A stretch of DNA of 64,000 nucleotides from Eutreptiella sp. 'Long Island Sound 2002' (GCA_964036045.1 OZ038378.1:15066001-15130000); one strand, 5' to 3'; positions 1 through 10,567 are shown, numbered from the stretch's first letter. Notes: generated by a model not told the origin, from the sequence alone. Program-made: numbers and translations.

Positions 1-299
1 GGGTCCGGTCTACCCTATTGGCCGTAGTGGGGTGCACTGCAGACCACAGTGCATCAGTCCCTGGCGTGGGCCTCCTGGCCCTTTTGGAGGCCTGAACCGG
101 GGTGCAAATTTCAATGTCCCACAGTGGCGTTAACGATGGTGGCTAGTGGCGCTGATGATGGTGGCTGTGACTTCGCTGGCGTGGTTGGTTGTGTTGCCGG
201 CGGCGTGTAGGCTTCCTTCCCGGCGGGTGGGGCCGACTCTAGCTGTGACATTTGTCCCTCCTCCTAGCCCCAAATAGATTCTTCCTCCGGGTCCGGGCC

Positions 300-1358
300 C
301 TAATCCTCCTGGCCGCAATTGGTCAGGGCCCTAATCCTCCGGGGGGGGGGGGGGGGGCGCACGGACACCTGCCAGAACAGTAGGGGGAAGCGACGATGTC
401 CCACATCAGCCGGGTGGTCCGCCCGTTCATTGCCTTTGATGCCAACACGGGAGGGAATGTGCAGCCACTTTACCGCGTCTCCGAATTGCTCGACGAGGTC
501 CAGAATTGCTGTCCACAGGTCCACATGTTTTCGTGCACCGGACGTGTTTTGCCATTTGTGTCGGCGCCACCGCTGTGCTCAACCTAGCACCCCATTGACC
601 ACCAGCAGTGAGTTCCGGCAGATGAGGGAGCGGTGTTTTGCCCGGTGCCCCTGCAGGCTACACAGCGCTGCCTGCGGTTCGCCTCGGCTGTTGGTTTGGT
701 CCTCCCCAAGGGGAATGTACTCCACCACATCGCGATGGTCCCCAAAGGATACGCCATACCCCCACCCACCCACCCACCCTTTCTCCGGGTGTTTTTCTGA
801 GGAGCCATCCGGGTAGATGATGTCCCATCCCTGGTTTTATTATGAGTTGATGATGGTTTCATATTGGGCCGCTAGGGCTGCGGCATTGTCGAATTTTTAC
901 TTCCTTTTGCATGCAGGGACGAACAATTTTTTTTGGGGGGGGGTGTTTGATATTGCCACTTTGGGGTGCTGCAGCACTGTGTTGTGACTCATGGATTGGA
1001 GCGCATGCACCAGTAGGGCAATTTCCTCCCTCGGCAACGTCGGGGTGGGGTGTTCCTCCCACCCCTGCAACACCTTCACCCACAGGGTTAGGAAGAGGTC
1101 CCACGTGCGACGGCCCATACGGCCGTTGTGCTTGTGCACGCATTGCTGGGACCACGCCGCCCTTACCGCTGACCATAGCGTAACGCCAAGGGGGGTGGTT
1201 AGGGACAGTTCGGGCTGCTCCCAAAGAATGACACTGGGATCCGTTGTCGGGCCATGGTCAATGGACGCAGGGCCCACGCATTGTGTCGCCACGTGGGCTG
1301 CCACCGAAAAGAACTTGCACCCCGTTACTGCATGTTGCATGGTTTCCAAGGACCCACA
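300..1358 (-). pseudogene. 3' part of an L1/Tx1-like non-LTR retrotransposon ORF2: second half of the CCHC (zf-RVT) finger followed by an RNase H domain, frameshifted
   Basis: Minus frames read CGSLETMQHAVTGC (1358-1317), then GWGYGVSFGDH...QTNSRGEPQAAL (773-579 ORF) and DLWTAIL...WLHIPSRVGIKGNERADH (524-300 ORF). These are RNase HI motifs spread over several frames. Confidence 0.85.
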
Positions 1359-1699
1359 CGACCGCGCGCACCCACACAGCGAACAGCAACATCAATAGCG
1401 CAAGCAAGAGCACCCTGAACCCTCGTATGGCCAGTAGCAGCCTCGCGCTATGCGGTGGTCAAGCCGGAGGAGTACGACACGCATCCGGTGGGCCGACGCA
1501 CCCTTTTGAAGGCACCCGACGGAGCTTCCTCGCCGGCTCTGTCTCGCTTGAACTTGGGGACCAGTCGCAACACGGTTGGCGCTCCATGGGCGGAGTTGCC
1601 GCCCGTCGACGTTGAGGTTTCCGCGGGAGCCAGCACTTGCTGCCGGCCCAGGCGTTGGGCCTCTGGTGTCGCCGGGTTGCTGCCCCCCCCCCCCCCTCC

Positions 1700-2659
1700 C
1701 CGCGCCCTCCGCTGTCTAGCGAGCTGTCCCTTGGGCCGCAGCCGGCCCCCAACCACCCGCGAAGACTCCCAGCCCCCGGACGGCTGCTCGGCTGCTTGCA
1801 CTGCCCGCTGCGGCCTGAAGGCCACGTGTTCTTTTCTCTGCCTCCACTGTTCCCGGACCCCGGATGGCCACAGCTGCTCGAGCCGGAGGGACACAGTACG
1901 GCTTCGCCACCGGCCTCCCGCCCCTTCTCGCGGCGGTCTCGGCCAGAAGTCTTCGGCCTCCGCCGCCGACTCCGGGTAGTAGCGCGCCAGCCACTGCAAC
2001 CACTCCCGTGTGAGCGCCGTGAGCGATCTCTGCTGCCACGCCTGTCGGGTCTTGGAGTCGAAGAACTTGACCGCGTCATCCCCCACTGCCCATGGCTGCA
2101 GATTGGTCGCCTCTCTGACCCACAGGAAGAGCTGGAAGGAGACGACCGCCAGCCCCACCACGGCCTAGTCGTCTGTGCCGCTGGCCTTTGCCGCCATGTG
2201 GAGAAGCATGACCGGTGACCCCCAGATACACTCCTTGGCCGCCGATCGCGTCGTTTTGGCCGCCTTGACGGACCTTTAGATTGTGGTACGTATGCTTGCG
2301 TCCGCCAACCACACCTCCCCTGCCATGGTGGCCGCGCTGATGACACCTTTGAGTGTGCTCTCGGACTTCCCCAGTCTGGTAGACTCCAGCAGCGTGTGTT
2401 CGAGTACCCGTTCAGCCGTGTCGTGCGGGAATCGTCCCTCCACCGCGACCAGTCGCCGCAGATGGCACTTGTACGTCCCCAAAGACGAGTCCTCCCATCC
2501 CACCAGGACGAGGGTCTGCCAGCTGTGAAGGGCGTCTTGCCACTGCAGCCGCTCCAACTTGTGGAGAGCGCCCTCCCAGGTGTGAGCACCTCGTCCACCC
2601 GTGGTACGTCCCCGTGGCTTTCCCCCCACTACCCCCAGTCGTCGGGGGCCTCCCTCCAT
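1700..2659 (-). pseudogene. Decayed tyrosine recombinase (SAM-like N-domain + catalytic domain)
   Basis: WEDSSLGTYKCHLRRL...GKSESTLKGVISAA (N-domain), AVVSFQLFLWVREA (F-LR-x-x-E box with R>W), KFFDSKT, and a degenerate H..R / GGWES region. In-frame stops at 2278-2276 and 2167-2165. Confidence 0.7.
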
Positions 2660-3670
2660 TAGTCGCTCTCGACGGGGCATTGGAACCACCAGTGCTTGAC
2701 ACGGCAGACGTCGCAAGGATACCCCGGCTTGCCGCGGCGGCTTGCCGGTTTTGAGCACTTTGCCCCCTTTGGACTCGTATGTTTCCTCTGGTGTCCCCAT
2801 GTTGGTGAACCTGTCCTTCGCGCACTCATTGCGTCTATCTTGCACGTGTTGTGGGGCCACCTTCCCGGTCTTTGGCTTGTCCGCGGGCTTGGTTTCCGAA
2901 GATCTCGGCTTCGACTGGCGTTGTTGCTCCGGTGCCTCACTCAATAGGGCCTTCACCTCCTCCTTCTCGACCTCAAAGAGCACGTGGGACCACACCTCGG
3001 ACAGGGCCCCAATGGCCGCCTCGTACTCGGAGTCCAGCATGCTCTGAACATTGTCAGACGCCCAATTCGCCGGCACCCCTGCCAGCGCTCGCGCCCAGTC
3101 TGGCTTTGCAACATTCGCCTCCAACTTGCGGCCTGCCTCCGGCACAAATACCACTTTGCGTAGCTGCGGCCCTGTTTTGGCCGCTCTCGGCTCCTGAATC
3201 GTCTGCACCTGCTTTTCCATGATGAGCTTCATGGCCTCCATCTCCTGCCGCATCCGCTCCAGGTCCGCTGCCACCGACTTGTCTTTTTGGGAATCCCCCG
3301 CAGCCGAACTGCCCCCAAGGGACACCACGTCTACGTGTCCCTTTTCAGGGGTTCCGCTCCCGGTTGCCGCCTCCGCGTGCTCCGCGGACATGTAGAACGT
3401 GCGGTCGTTCCAGTTGGACGTGCGCTTGTGCAGGGATCCGAAGGCTACGACTTGCTCGTATATGCCTTCCATGGACCCTTTCAGCCCGTACTTCTGCCGT
3501 AGCCCGTCCGCCAGCTCCACGACGTCGACCGCTGCTTCCTTGGCCGCGGCCATGAGTCTGTCGGTGTCCTGTTGCAGGGTAGCCGCATTCAGCAGCTGCT
3601 TTGCCAGTTTATGTTGGCCCTGCTCGACGTAATCCTCAAAGGTGATCGGCTGGGAATCTTGTTCTGACAT
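2659..3670 (-). pseudogene. Gag-like ORF1 of the YR element, ending in a C-x2-C-x3-H-x4-C knuckle; frameshifted by a 10-bp duplication
   Basis: ATG at 3670 (MSEQDSQP...), with a coiled-coil-like stretch (DLERMRQEMEAMK). The +1 frame ends YPCDVCRVKHWWFQCPVESD* (stop 2661-2659). Removing the duplicated CGGCAAGCCG near 2726-2745 restores KVLKTGKPPGYPCDVC. Confidence 0.7.
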
Positions 3671-3780
3671 GTTCAGGGCGACGGCACACCACAAAACAAA
3701 CAAACACTAGGCGAGCGCGCACAAGGTACCCTCCTCCCTCCCCCTTGCCCAATTTAAACTCAAGTTTACTTCATAAAATT

Positions 3781-4745
3781 TAGGCAAGCCGTCCCCGCTG
3801 GTTGCCAATTGGCGAGGCAGACGCCCACCGTGAGCTTTTTCCCACAACGTGGTTTGTATAAAGTGCCTATCTACTGGGGGGAGGAGTAGTTTGTGCCATG
3901 CTTGCCATACCTCTGGTCGTTGGCGCGGAGTTTCTGGTGTTAGCCCCATCAGATACCGGAGCATGCCGCGCCGGTTCAAGTCCAGCCAAAAGGAGGGGGT
4001 TGCCGTCTCCGGGGTGGATGGTCAGGTTTTGGGGTGGGCTCATAGTAAGCAGAGGCCTACCTGGTACACCGGTTCCCATGTACGGGGGAGCCCCCCCCCC
4101 CCCCCCCCCCTCGAGGGCTTCCATTTGGGTGACCGTCCGTACCCCCCGCCTGATCATGGCCGGTGAGTAATATGTGTTCTCATGGGTGTCACAGAACCAC
4201 GCGGAGTGCCACAGGAGCATTCCCAGGACAAGTTCTTCTTTGGGCGTTAGTATCGGCGCCTTTTTCCGCAGCAAGGAGAAAGCCTTGCATGACATTCCTA
4301 AGAAGAGATAGGTTTTCCACGGGATGGGGCCCAGCTGGAGCCACGGTAGATACCGTCCGTCCAGATGTATCCCATTGTTTTGCACCCATGCCTCAAATTG
4401 TCGCCGGGACGCCGGGACACTGTTGGCACTCCCTGTGGCTCCGTCTTGAACAGCATAAAGGGGGTGGTGTGCTGCCACAGGAGGAATATGCGTGGTTGGG
4501 GTAGGTGGTACCCTCCCTGAGTGGGGGCAGGGCCATGATCGGCAGTGTCAGCCCCCAGCTATTGAGCCTTAGCGCCACCTTGTAAATCACCGAGATTTTT
4601 GCCACCACCGGGTCCGTCAGGAAGTACGCCCTTGCGGGGAAGATAAACAAGGGGAGTACCCATTCCTGGAACAGCGCCACCCGTTCGTCCTGGGTCAGCT
4701 GGAGCACGGGCGTTCGGTAGCTGAGTATCCGTTGCTTCATGGCCC
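3781..4745 (-). pseudogene. Middle part of the same LINE ORF2 (post-RT region to the start of zf-RVT)
   Basis: MKQRILSYR...ERVALFQEWVLPLFIFPARAYF, then WQAWHKLLLPPVDRHFIQTTLW-KKLTVGVCLANWQPAGTAC, with frameshifts. Confidence 0.8.
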
Positions 4746-4799
4746 AATGCCCCCCCCCCCCCCCACCCGGAATGAAGAATCATGCCCCCCCCCCCCCCC

Positions 4800-5240
4800 C
4801 CCTTGCTACTTATGTCAATGTTCAAGGCCCAATTTATTTTTGCCAGGGTGGTCAAGAATATAGCCGTCTCCCCCCCCAATCAGGAATTAAGCAAGGAGAC
4901 CCCCTGTCCTCAGCAGTGTTCGTAATGGTGTGCTCAGTCCTGATACACGCACTGCGGGCAGTGTCACCGCATGTGCACATCTTGTTTTATGCAGACGACC
5001 TACTGTTGTATATCCCCCTTCCTGCCCCCGCCCAACGTGCATCCTCCTGCCCCCCATATTCAAGCATCTTCGACAGTTTGGCTTTTTTGTGGGGTTACAA
5101 ATAAACCTGTGCAAATCGGCATTCCTAACCAAGGGAGCCTGGACCGACTAGTGGATCACAGTCCTAAAGTCCTTTGGAGTAGAGGTAAAACGAAAGGTCA
5201 AATATCTGGGAAGTCTACAAAAATGGTGCGGTACATCGGT
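4800..5240 (+). pseudogene. Non-LTR reverse transcriptase fragment (domains 4-7), inverted relative to the rest of the LINE
   Basis: GIKQGDPLS (QGDPLS from 4892), FYADDLLLY (YADD 4988-4999), GLQINLCKS, VKYLG (5197-5211). Confidence 0.9.
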
Positions 5241-5791
5241 AAGTGACAGTTCTACTAAAGCACGCGGTGCGCGCGGTGCGGGCGCGCGGTGCGTTGAGGC
5301 ACCCTCTCAGTCAACGTTTGACAGACTTTTCGAAGACTTTGGGGTTTTTTATGGTCAGTTCTCCCCCTCTCACCTCCCGTCGGCACAAAGGATATCAGAA
5401 AGCGGGAATTAGGGTTGAAGAGACAATAGGGTGCTTGTTGTTGCAACGCCACTTGCTCACCAGCAGAGCTGGAGAGATATTTTCGGTGTCGTGGTGTATT
5501 TAGCTTTGCAATTTTTCCTATGGTTGAATTGCATTTTGCAACCCGCCCCCAATTCCCAAGATCGGGGGTCAATAGCCCAAATGGAACAAAGCGTTGTGGC
5601 TTAGACCCTGAGCAGGTGATGCCTAATCACCTCAAAGAGAGGTTGCTAGCTCAAGCGTAGGGGTAGGCATCATGTATCCCTCTTTTGGGGGGTCACGTGC
5701 GTAGCATACCTGAATGGGTGATGTTGGGATTTTGACCCCACCCTGTATCTGTACCGGTACGGATTTGCTAGTGATGAACGCATGCATGTGA

Positions 5792-6235
5792 CATGGTACC
5801 CCGCCCCGCTTGTATAAGCTATGCCAATGTACACAATTATTACGGTCCCTACGCCTATTGTAGCTTGGACAAGGGCGTGGCTTGCGCGCAACACATACAA
5901 TTGCCGACACACACGTGCGCAGGCCACGTGTGCTGAAATTGGCAATTCAGGACCTATGGGATGCATCAGACTGAAAAAGAAATTCTTGGTGCACCAGCAG
6001 GGGGCCACATGTGCTGAAATTGGCAAATGTGACAACAAACCCATGTCTTATGTGGCCGCACTACATTTCGTACATAAATTAAATTACGTACACAATTATT
6101 ACGGTCCCTACGCCTATTGTAGCTTGGACAAGGGCGTAGCTTATACAAGGGGGCCGCAAGCAGGTCAACAAAGCACTCCAAACATGCACAGCCTGGTATG
6201 CATATGCAGCAATGTTCGGGGGGGGGGGTACCATG
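5792..6235. mobile_element. MITE-like non-autonomous TIR element, related to the element at 60553-61833
   Basis: Left CATGGTACCCC..CTTGTATAAGCTATGCC; right GGCGTAGCTTATACAAG...GGGGTACCATG (split by about 60 bp). Internal direct repeat AATTATTACGGTCCCTACGCCTATTGTAGCTTGGACAAGGGCGT at about 5836 and about 6095. Confidence 0.6.
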
Positions 6236-7289
6236 CCCCCCCCCCTTGCCGATGGCGCAGTGGCCCAAGGGGTTTTGTGAAATGAAAGTGCAACTTGAAA
6301 ATGTTTGGTGTCATCCTGCGGTGCATCGCTGAGGCTCTCAGTCTCAAGACAATTGTGAACGTCGGTTGCAACTCCTCCAAACCCGATGGCAGTGGTAGGC
6401 GGTGGGGACAGACAACGTTCGGAAGTGGGGGACTCCACGCGCTCAATGGGGAAGGTGAGCCACTCCACGGGGCAACCACAGCAAAGCTGCTGTGTATGGC
6501 CTGCGCGCTCGTAGGTGATGGCGACACACTCCGGGAAGGATAAGAGGCCCACAACAGTGGCAGGCACACCCTGTGATGCTTCTCAGGTGAAAGACAGTAC
6601 TGCCTGGCGCCAAAAGGTCAGCATTCATTGCCATGTGACCAGTGGAAAGCAAAGGAGGCAAAATATAGTCACACCAATATTTTCGAATGCACAAGGTGCC
6701 CTGCTGCCCACTCAGCCTGCTGCCCACTCTTACACCCCAACATGGATAATTCCACCCAAACACAACAATTGGCCACCCATTTGTGATGCTAAGGCTCCTA
6801 TGACCGCTTTTGCGCAACATTCCATGGTACCGCCATTCTACGCCAACCGGGCTAAAGTCACACCACGCGCCCGCACTGCGCACAACGCACGTTAGGCACC
6901 CTCTGACACACCCTGTAGTCCATCTAATGAATGTGGGCTGCTGCAAATGTACACAGTGTGATTTGCTGGTTTTCCAGTCTCTGCCCCATTCCCTTGCACA
7001 TTCTTCGTGCTAGCTGGGGGTTCCTCCACCCCTTGTGGGGCAATAAATATGGTGGGTATACCAACCAGACCTTGGGGGAATGTTTGCCCGGCGCGCGCCC
7101 GGCGCGCTACTTTTAGGGGGCGTTGTCGCACGGTGCGCGCACGGTGCGCGCACGGTGCGTGCACGGTGCGCGCACGGTTCAATGTTTTTGGGATGGTTGC
7201 CCAACTTGTACCCTGTTGAATGGCCCCCATAGAAACCAGGGGTTGCCATAATAAAAAAAAAAAAACTCGGAGTGTCCAATACGCCCTAT

Positions 7290-7562
7290 GATGGCGGCCG
7301 GTGGGTAACTGATGGCGGTTGGTGGGTAACCGATGGCGGTTGGTGTGTAACCGATGGCGGTTGGTGTGTAACCGATGGCGGTTGGTGTGTAACCGATGGC
7401 GGTTGGTGGGTAACCGATGGCGGTTGGTGGGTAACCGATGGCGGTTGGTGGGTAACCGATGGCGGTTGGTGTGTAACCGATGGCGGTTGGTGGGTAATTG
7501 ATAGCGGTTGGTGTGTAACCGATGGCGGTTGGTGGGTAACCGATGGCGGTTGGTGGGTAGCC
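7290..7562. repeat. 21-bp minisatellite, about 13 copies (GATGGCGGTTGGTG[G/T]GTAACC)
   Basis: Directly visible; translates as (PTNRHRL/HTNRHRL)n on the minus strand. Confidence 0.95.
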
Positions 7563-7909
7563 ACCAAACATCAGAGAGTGGCTGCCTTAGTAAAAAAAAA
7601 AAAAGGCTGAGCGTCCTTATGGCAACCCCTGATAGAAACACACCTAGGGTCCTGATTTCTGCACCTTGCAGTCCATACTGGCATACCAGGTTTCTTCAAT
7701 TTTTAGTCTGATGCTTGTCACAGGTTCCAGGGTCCTATTTTCGGCACCCTGCAGCCCCTATTGGCGTACCGGGAATTTTTTTTTTGAATCTGATGCTTGT
7801 CACAGGTTCCAGGCTCCCAATTTCTGCACCTCGCACGCATCTCCGTAACAAACCATGCACAGGCGACAACACAAGCGACAACAATGGTTGGGTTACGGGA
7901 ATTTCAATT

Positions 7910-8317
7910 TCATCCGCCACAGCATTCTGGCTCATGATCATCAATTCTAGGGGCTTCAGCTTCCACTTCAGGTAATTGGGGCTCCAGCAAAGCGTCCATC
8001 GGCGCCTCATGGTGCACAGGTTGGGGGGAATCGGGGCTCTCAGCAGTCACAATTGCAAACTCCAACCGCTCCTCGGGTGCATGCTCGTACAAGACCTCTT
8101 CACCACCCAATTCGTACCGAATAGAGACGCGGCGCCCACCTCTTGAAGAAGGGTCAACGACAGTGGCCGACACCCTATCCCCGTTGGAGCGGTGGTAGTA
8201 CACAGGCAGTCCGGCGACAAGCCAGGGCAGCTCAGATTCAGGCAATGTGGATCTGCCGGAGACAGAATAAGCAAAAGGACGCACGGTGCGCGCACGGTGC
8301 GCGCACGGTGCGCGCAC
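7910..8317 (-). pseudogene. ORF fragment with a small beta-barrel-like (Tudor/SH3-like) module, carried by the nested element
   Basis: AGLPVYYHRSNGDRVSATVVDPSSRGGRRVSIRYELGG; similar to GCPVIFTRSTGERVDATMKGPSEKG in the 61434-61655 ORF. Confidence 0.45.
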
Positions 8318-8599
8318 GGTTCAGGCAACACCCCCTTAGACTATGTTCCCCCCGAAGAGCCCCCAAGCACACCCCTTGGAAACGCCCTTAGAATTAGGTG
8401 ACCCAAACTGCCCCAGCTCAAGAATTGCAAACTGGGGTACACGAGACCACTCTCGCTCCTTTAAGGGCGATCTTGGTCAACACCTTAGCAAGTTGGGAGA
8501 ATGGGGGGTTAGGATAGCAGAACCGCATCGATCTCCAGTAGAAGCGATAGGCGTTATTGAGGTATCGCGAACAGTAGAGCTGCATCATAACATTGGTCC

Positions 8600-9026
8600 C
8601 ACAAGTGTGGGTGTCAATACATTCAGTACAATAGTGCTCCTTACACTCATCACAAACTGCGATGGTGGAGCGTTCTGGCAACACAACACACACACTTCTG
8701 CCTCATCCTCTGCCTCATCTTGCGTGCCACAACCGAGCAAACAGCTGCTCAATGTGTGCCCTATACCACCCGTGCACGTCATTGTAACATTGTTGGCGGG
8801 CTGTCAAAGCGCCATTCTTTCTTCCAATGAATGGCACAATGACATGAATCCGGCCCTTATAAGCACCATCATGGCCCCCAACTTCGAAATCAAAGAAATC
8901 ACCTCGGGTACGAGAAGGTCCATACCCATCCCAAATCAAAACATCTGCTGATGTCCCGGGGGCCAAGGGGCAAATCCATATAATGTTGCCCAACATATCA
9001 ACGGCAACAGTCCACCGGTAGGGCAC
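8600..9026 (-). pseudogene. C-terminal half of a DDE_Tnp_4 (Harbinger/ISL2EU-type) transposase followed by a B-box-like Cys/His cluster
   Basis: VAVDMLGNIIWICPLAPGTSADVLIW...GGHDGAY...VPF...LTARQQCYN...RAHIEQLFARL matches the G-I/D, DxAY, P, LT-N, R-IE-F pattern. Downstream frameshifted CDECKEHYCTECIDTHTC. Confidence 0.8.
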
Positions 9027-10567
9027 GGGTCACAAAAGATGCCCGGCGCGCGCCCGGCGCGCTAACGTTCCCCCCTTAGACCAAGAAAGCGTATCTTTGA
9101 CAGTTCGACAGGGGGAAGGGCAGTCGTAGCGGTCACAGCCCGTCACTGCAAGTAGATGGCGTAGCGCGCAAATTGCCTGAATTGTTCATCTCCGTCAAAA
9201 AGGGTCAGAATCCAGTGCAGGGGTCAAAAAATATGATACAGCGAATGGCCCTATTTACACAAAACTGCCTGTTGGTGCCCATGAGAGAACCCGTCCACAT
9301 CCTGTGCATAACTTTCAATGTGTGGCATGTGAGCCACGCCTAGTGACCTATACATAGCTCAGCAGGGCCTCAGTCAGAACCACATCAGACATCACGCCTT
9401 GGGTATCCAAACAATCCCGCAACAAATCTGCTTTGGATGGGCTATCCTAGGCAGCTGTCAGTCTGAGATGAGCCCTGTGCTCGTGAAACGGGAGCTTGGT
9501 TTAGAGGTGCCGCTTACCTTGCACCTTTATGCTAAGTAAGGACACCACATGAACCATATCATGTGAAGGATAATGACCTCAATGAGCCTGGTTTTGAACA
9601 GCTGCAGCTCTGGGTCCAACGGCAGCTGCCTGCAGAGATTCATGTGCACTAAAACAACTGCAGGCTGCCACCTCCGCTGAGGGCATTGCTGGTGTTGCCA
9701 GCTTGCAGGTCCTAGCAAGGCAGCAACCAATGCAGGCGGCACGCACACAGAACGTGCAGTGGATATAAATATATGTGCTCTAGAACGACAGCAGTGGGAT
9801 AGCAAAAAGTTACGAGATAGATGGATGCTGCTGCTGCACCAGTTGCTGTAACAGCTTGAAAGATGGCGGTTAGAGGGCAACCAACAGTAATTGCAGGTCC
9901 AAAAGCTACACACCATACAGAAGTAGAGATAGATTCCATGCAGCAATGCCAATTCACCACCTTCAAGCGATCTTAAATCAGTCATGCCCCTCGCATGCAG
10001 TCGAAAGTCTAAGAATGGAGAGATTAGAAAAATGAAGTAATATGGCCCCCAAAACACCCCAAAACATCCTCCCATAGTGGGTGCGGGTGCACGGTGCGTG
10101 CACAGTGCGCGCACGGTGCGCACCGTTTGGGGCAATCACACAGCTTTCACCCCCCAATTGGACCTTCACAGAAAGGTACTAGACAGCAACATTAGCACCA
10201 AGAAAACAGCCAGAAAATGGGTATCACATCAGTCTCTTGCAGTATAAAATTGAATCTGGATTGTACACAGCAAAATGATTGATGTACAACAGCTGTTCAT
10301 CAAGTTCCTTGGGGGTGCCGTTCAGGTTTGGAAGACATTGAGGGGGATGGGGATGGGCTCCGAATGTGGAACTCGAGGCGGTGGAGTGCAGCAGTATCAT
10401 GAATCACTGCCTTCCCATTCACCTCATATCATATGCGTAGGTAATCACCAGGGTGTTGCGAGGGACCCAGAATTGTAGCAGGAACCCGCTCATTTGCACT
10501 GCTGCGGTTGTAGAAGACAGGGTGCCGGCTTGAATCCAAGACAAAGACATTGTGTTGCTGAGCTCTA

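Larger units (their letters stand above)
1360..3780 (-). mobile_element. Tyrosine-recombinase (YR) element of about 2.4 kb: Gag-like ORF + YR ORF, no reverse transcriptase; inserted inside a LINE zinc finger
   Basis: Host LINE reads ...NWQPAGTACL (ends 3781) and resumes CGSLETMQH (from 1358); one codon is split between the two junctions. No TSD. Internal ORFs: Gag-like with a Cys/His knuckle, and YR-like. Confidence 0.8.
7116..8335. mobile_element. Nested non-autonomous Harbinger-like element
   Basis: TIR GGGGGCGTTG / CAACACCCCC; TSD TTA (7113-7115, 8336-8338); (GCACGGTGCGC)n arrays near both ends. Confidence 0.85.
7074..9074. mobile_element. PIF/Harbinger (ISL2EU-like) DNA transposon, internally deleted, containing a nested element
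   Basis: TIR GGGGGAATGTT / AACGTTCCCCC; 3-bp TSD CTT (7071-7073, 9075-9077); 25-bp subterminal repeat TGCCCGGCGCGCGCCCGGCGCGCTA at 7085-7109 and 9040-9064; DDE_Tnp_4-like fragment inside. Confidence 0.85.

Noticed and set aside
1459-2598. 379-aa and other overlapping ORFs as extra genes of the YR element
   Set aside because: Alternative frames in GC-rich sequence; no RT, RNase H or methyltransferase motifs were found in them.
7290-7562. CRISPR-like array (also considered for 49747-50557)
   Set aside because: Units are contiguous with no unique spacers, no cas genes are present, and the context is eukaryotic.
6892-7711. Multiple overlapping ORFs with heptapeptide repeats
   Set aside because: By-product of the stop-free 21-bp minisatellite; no flanking coding signal.
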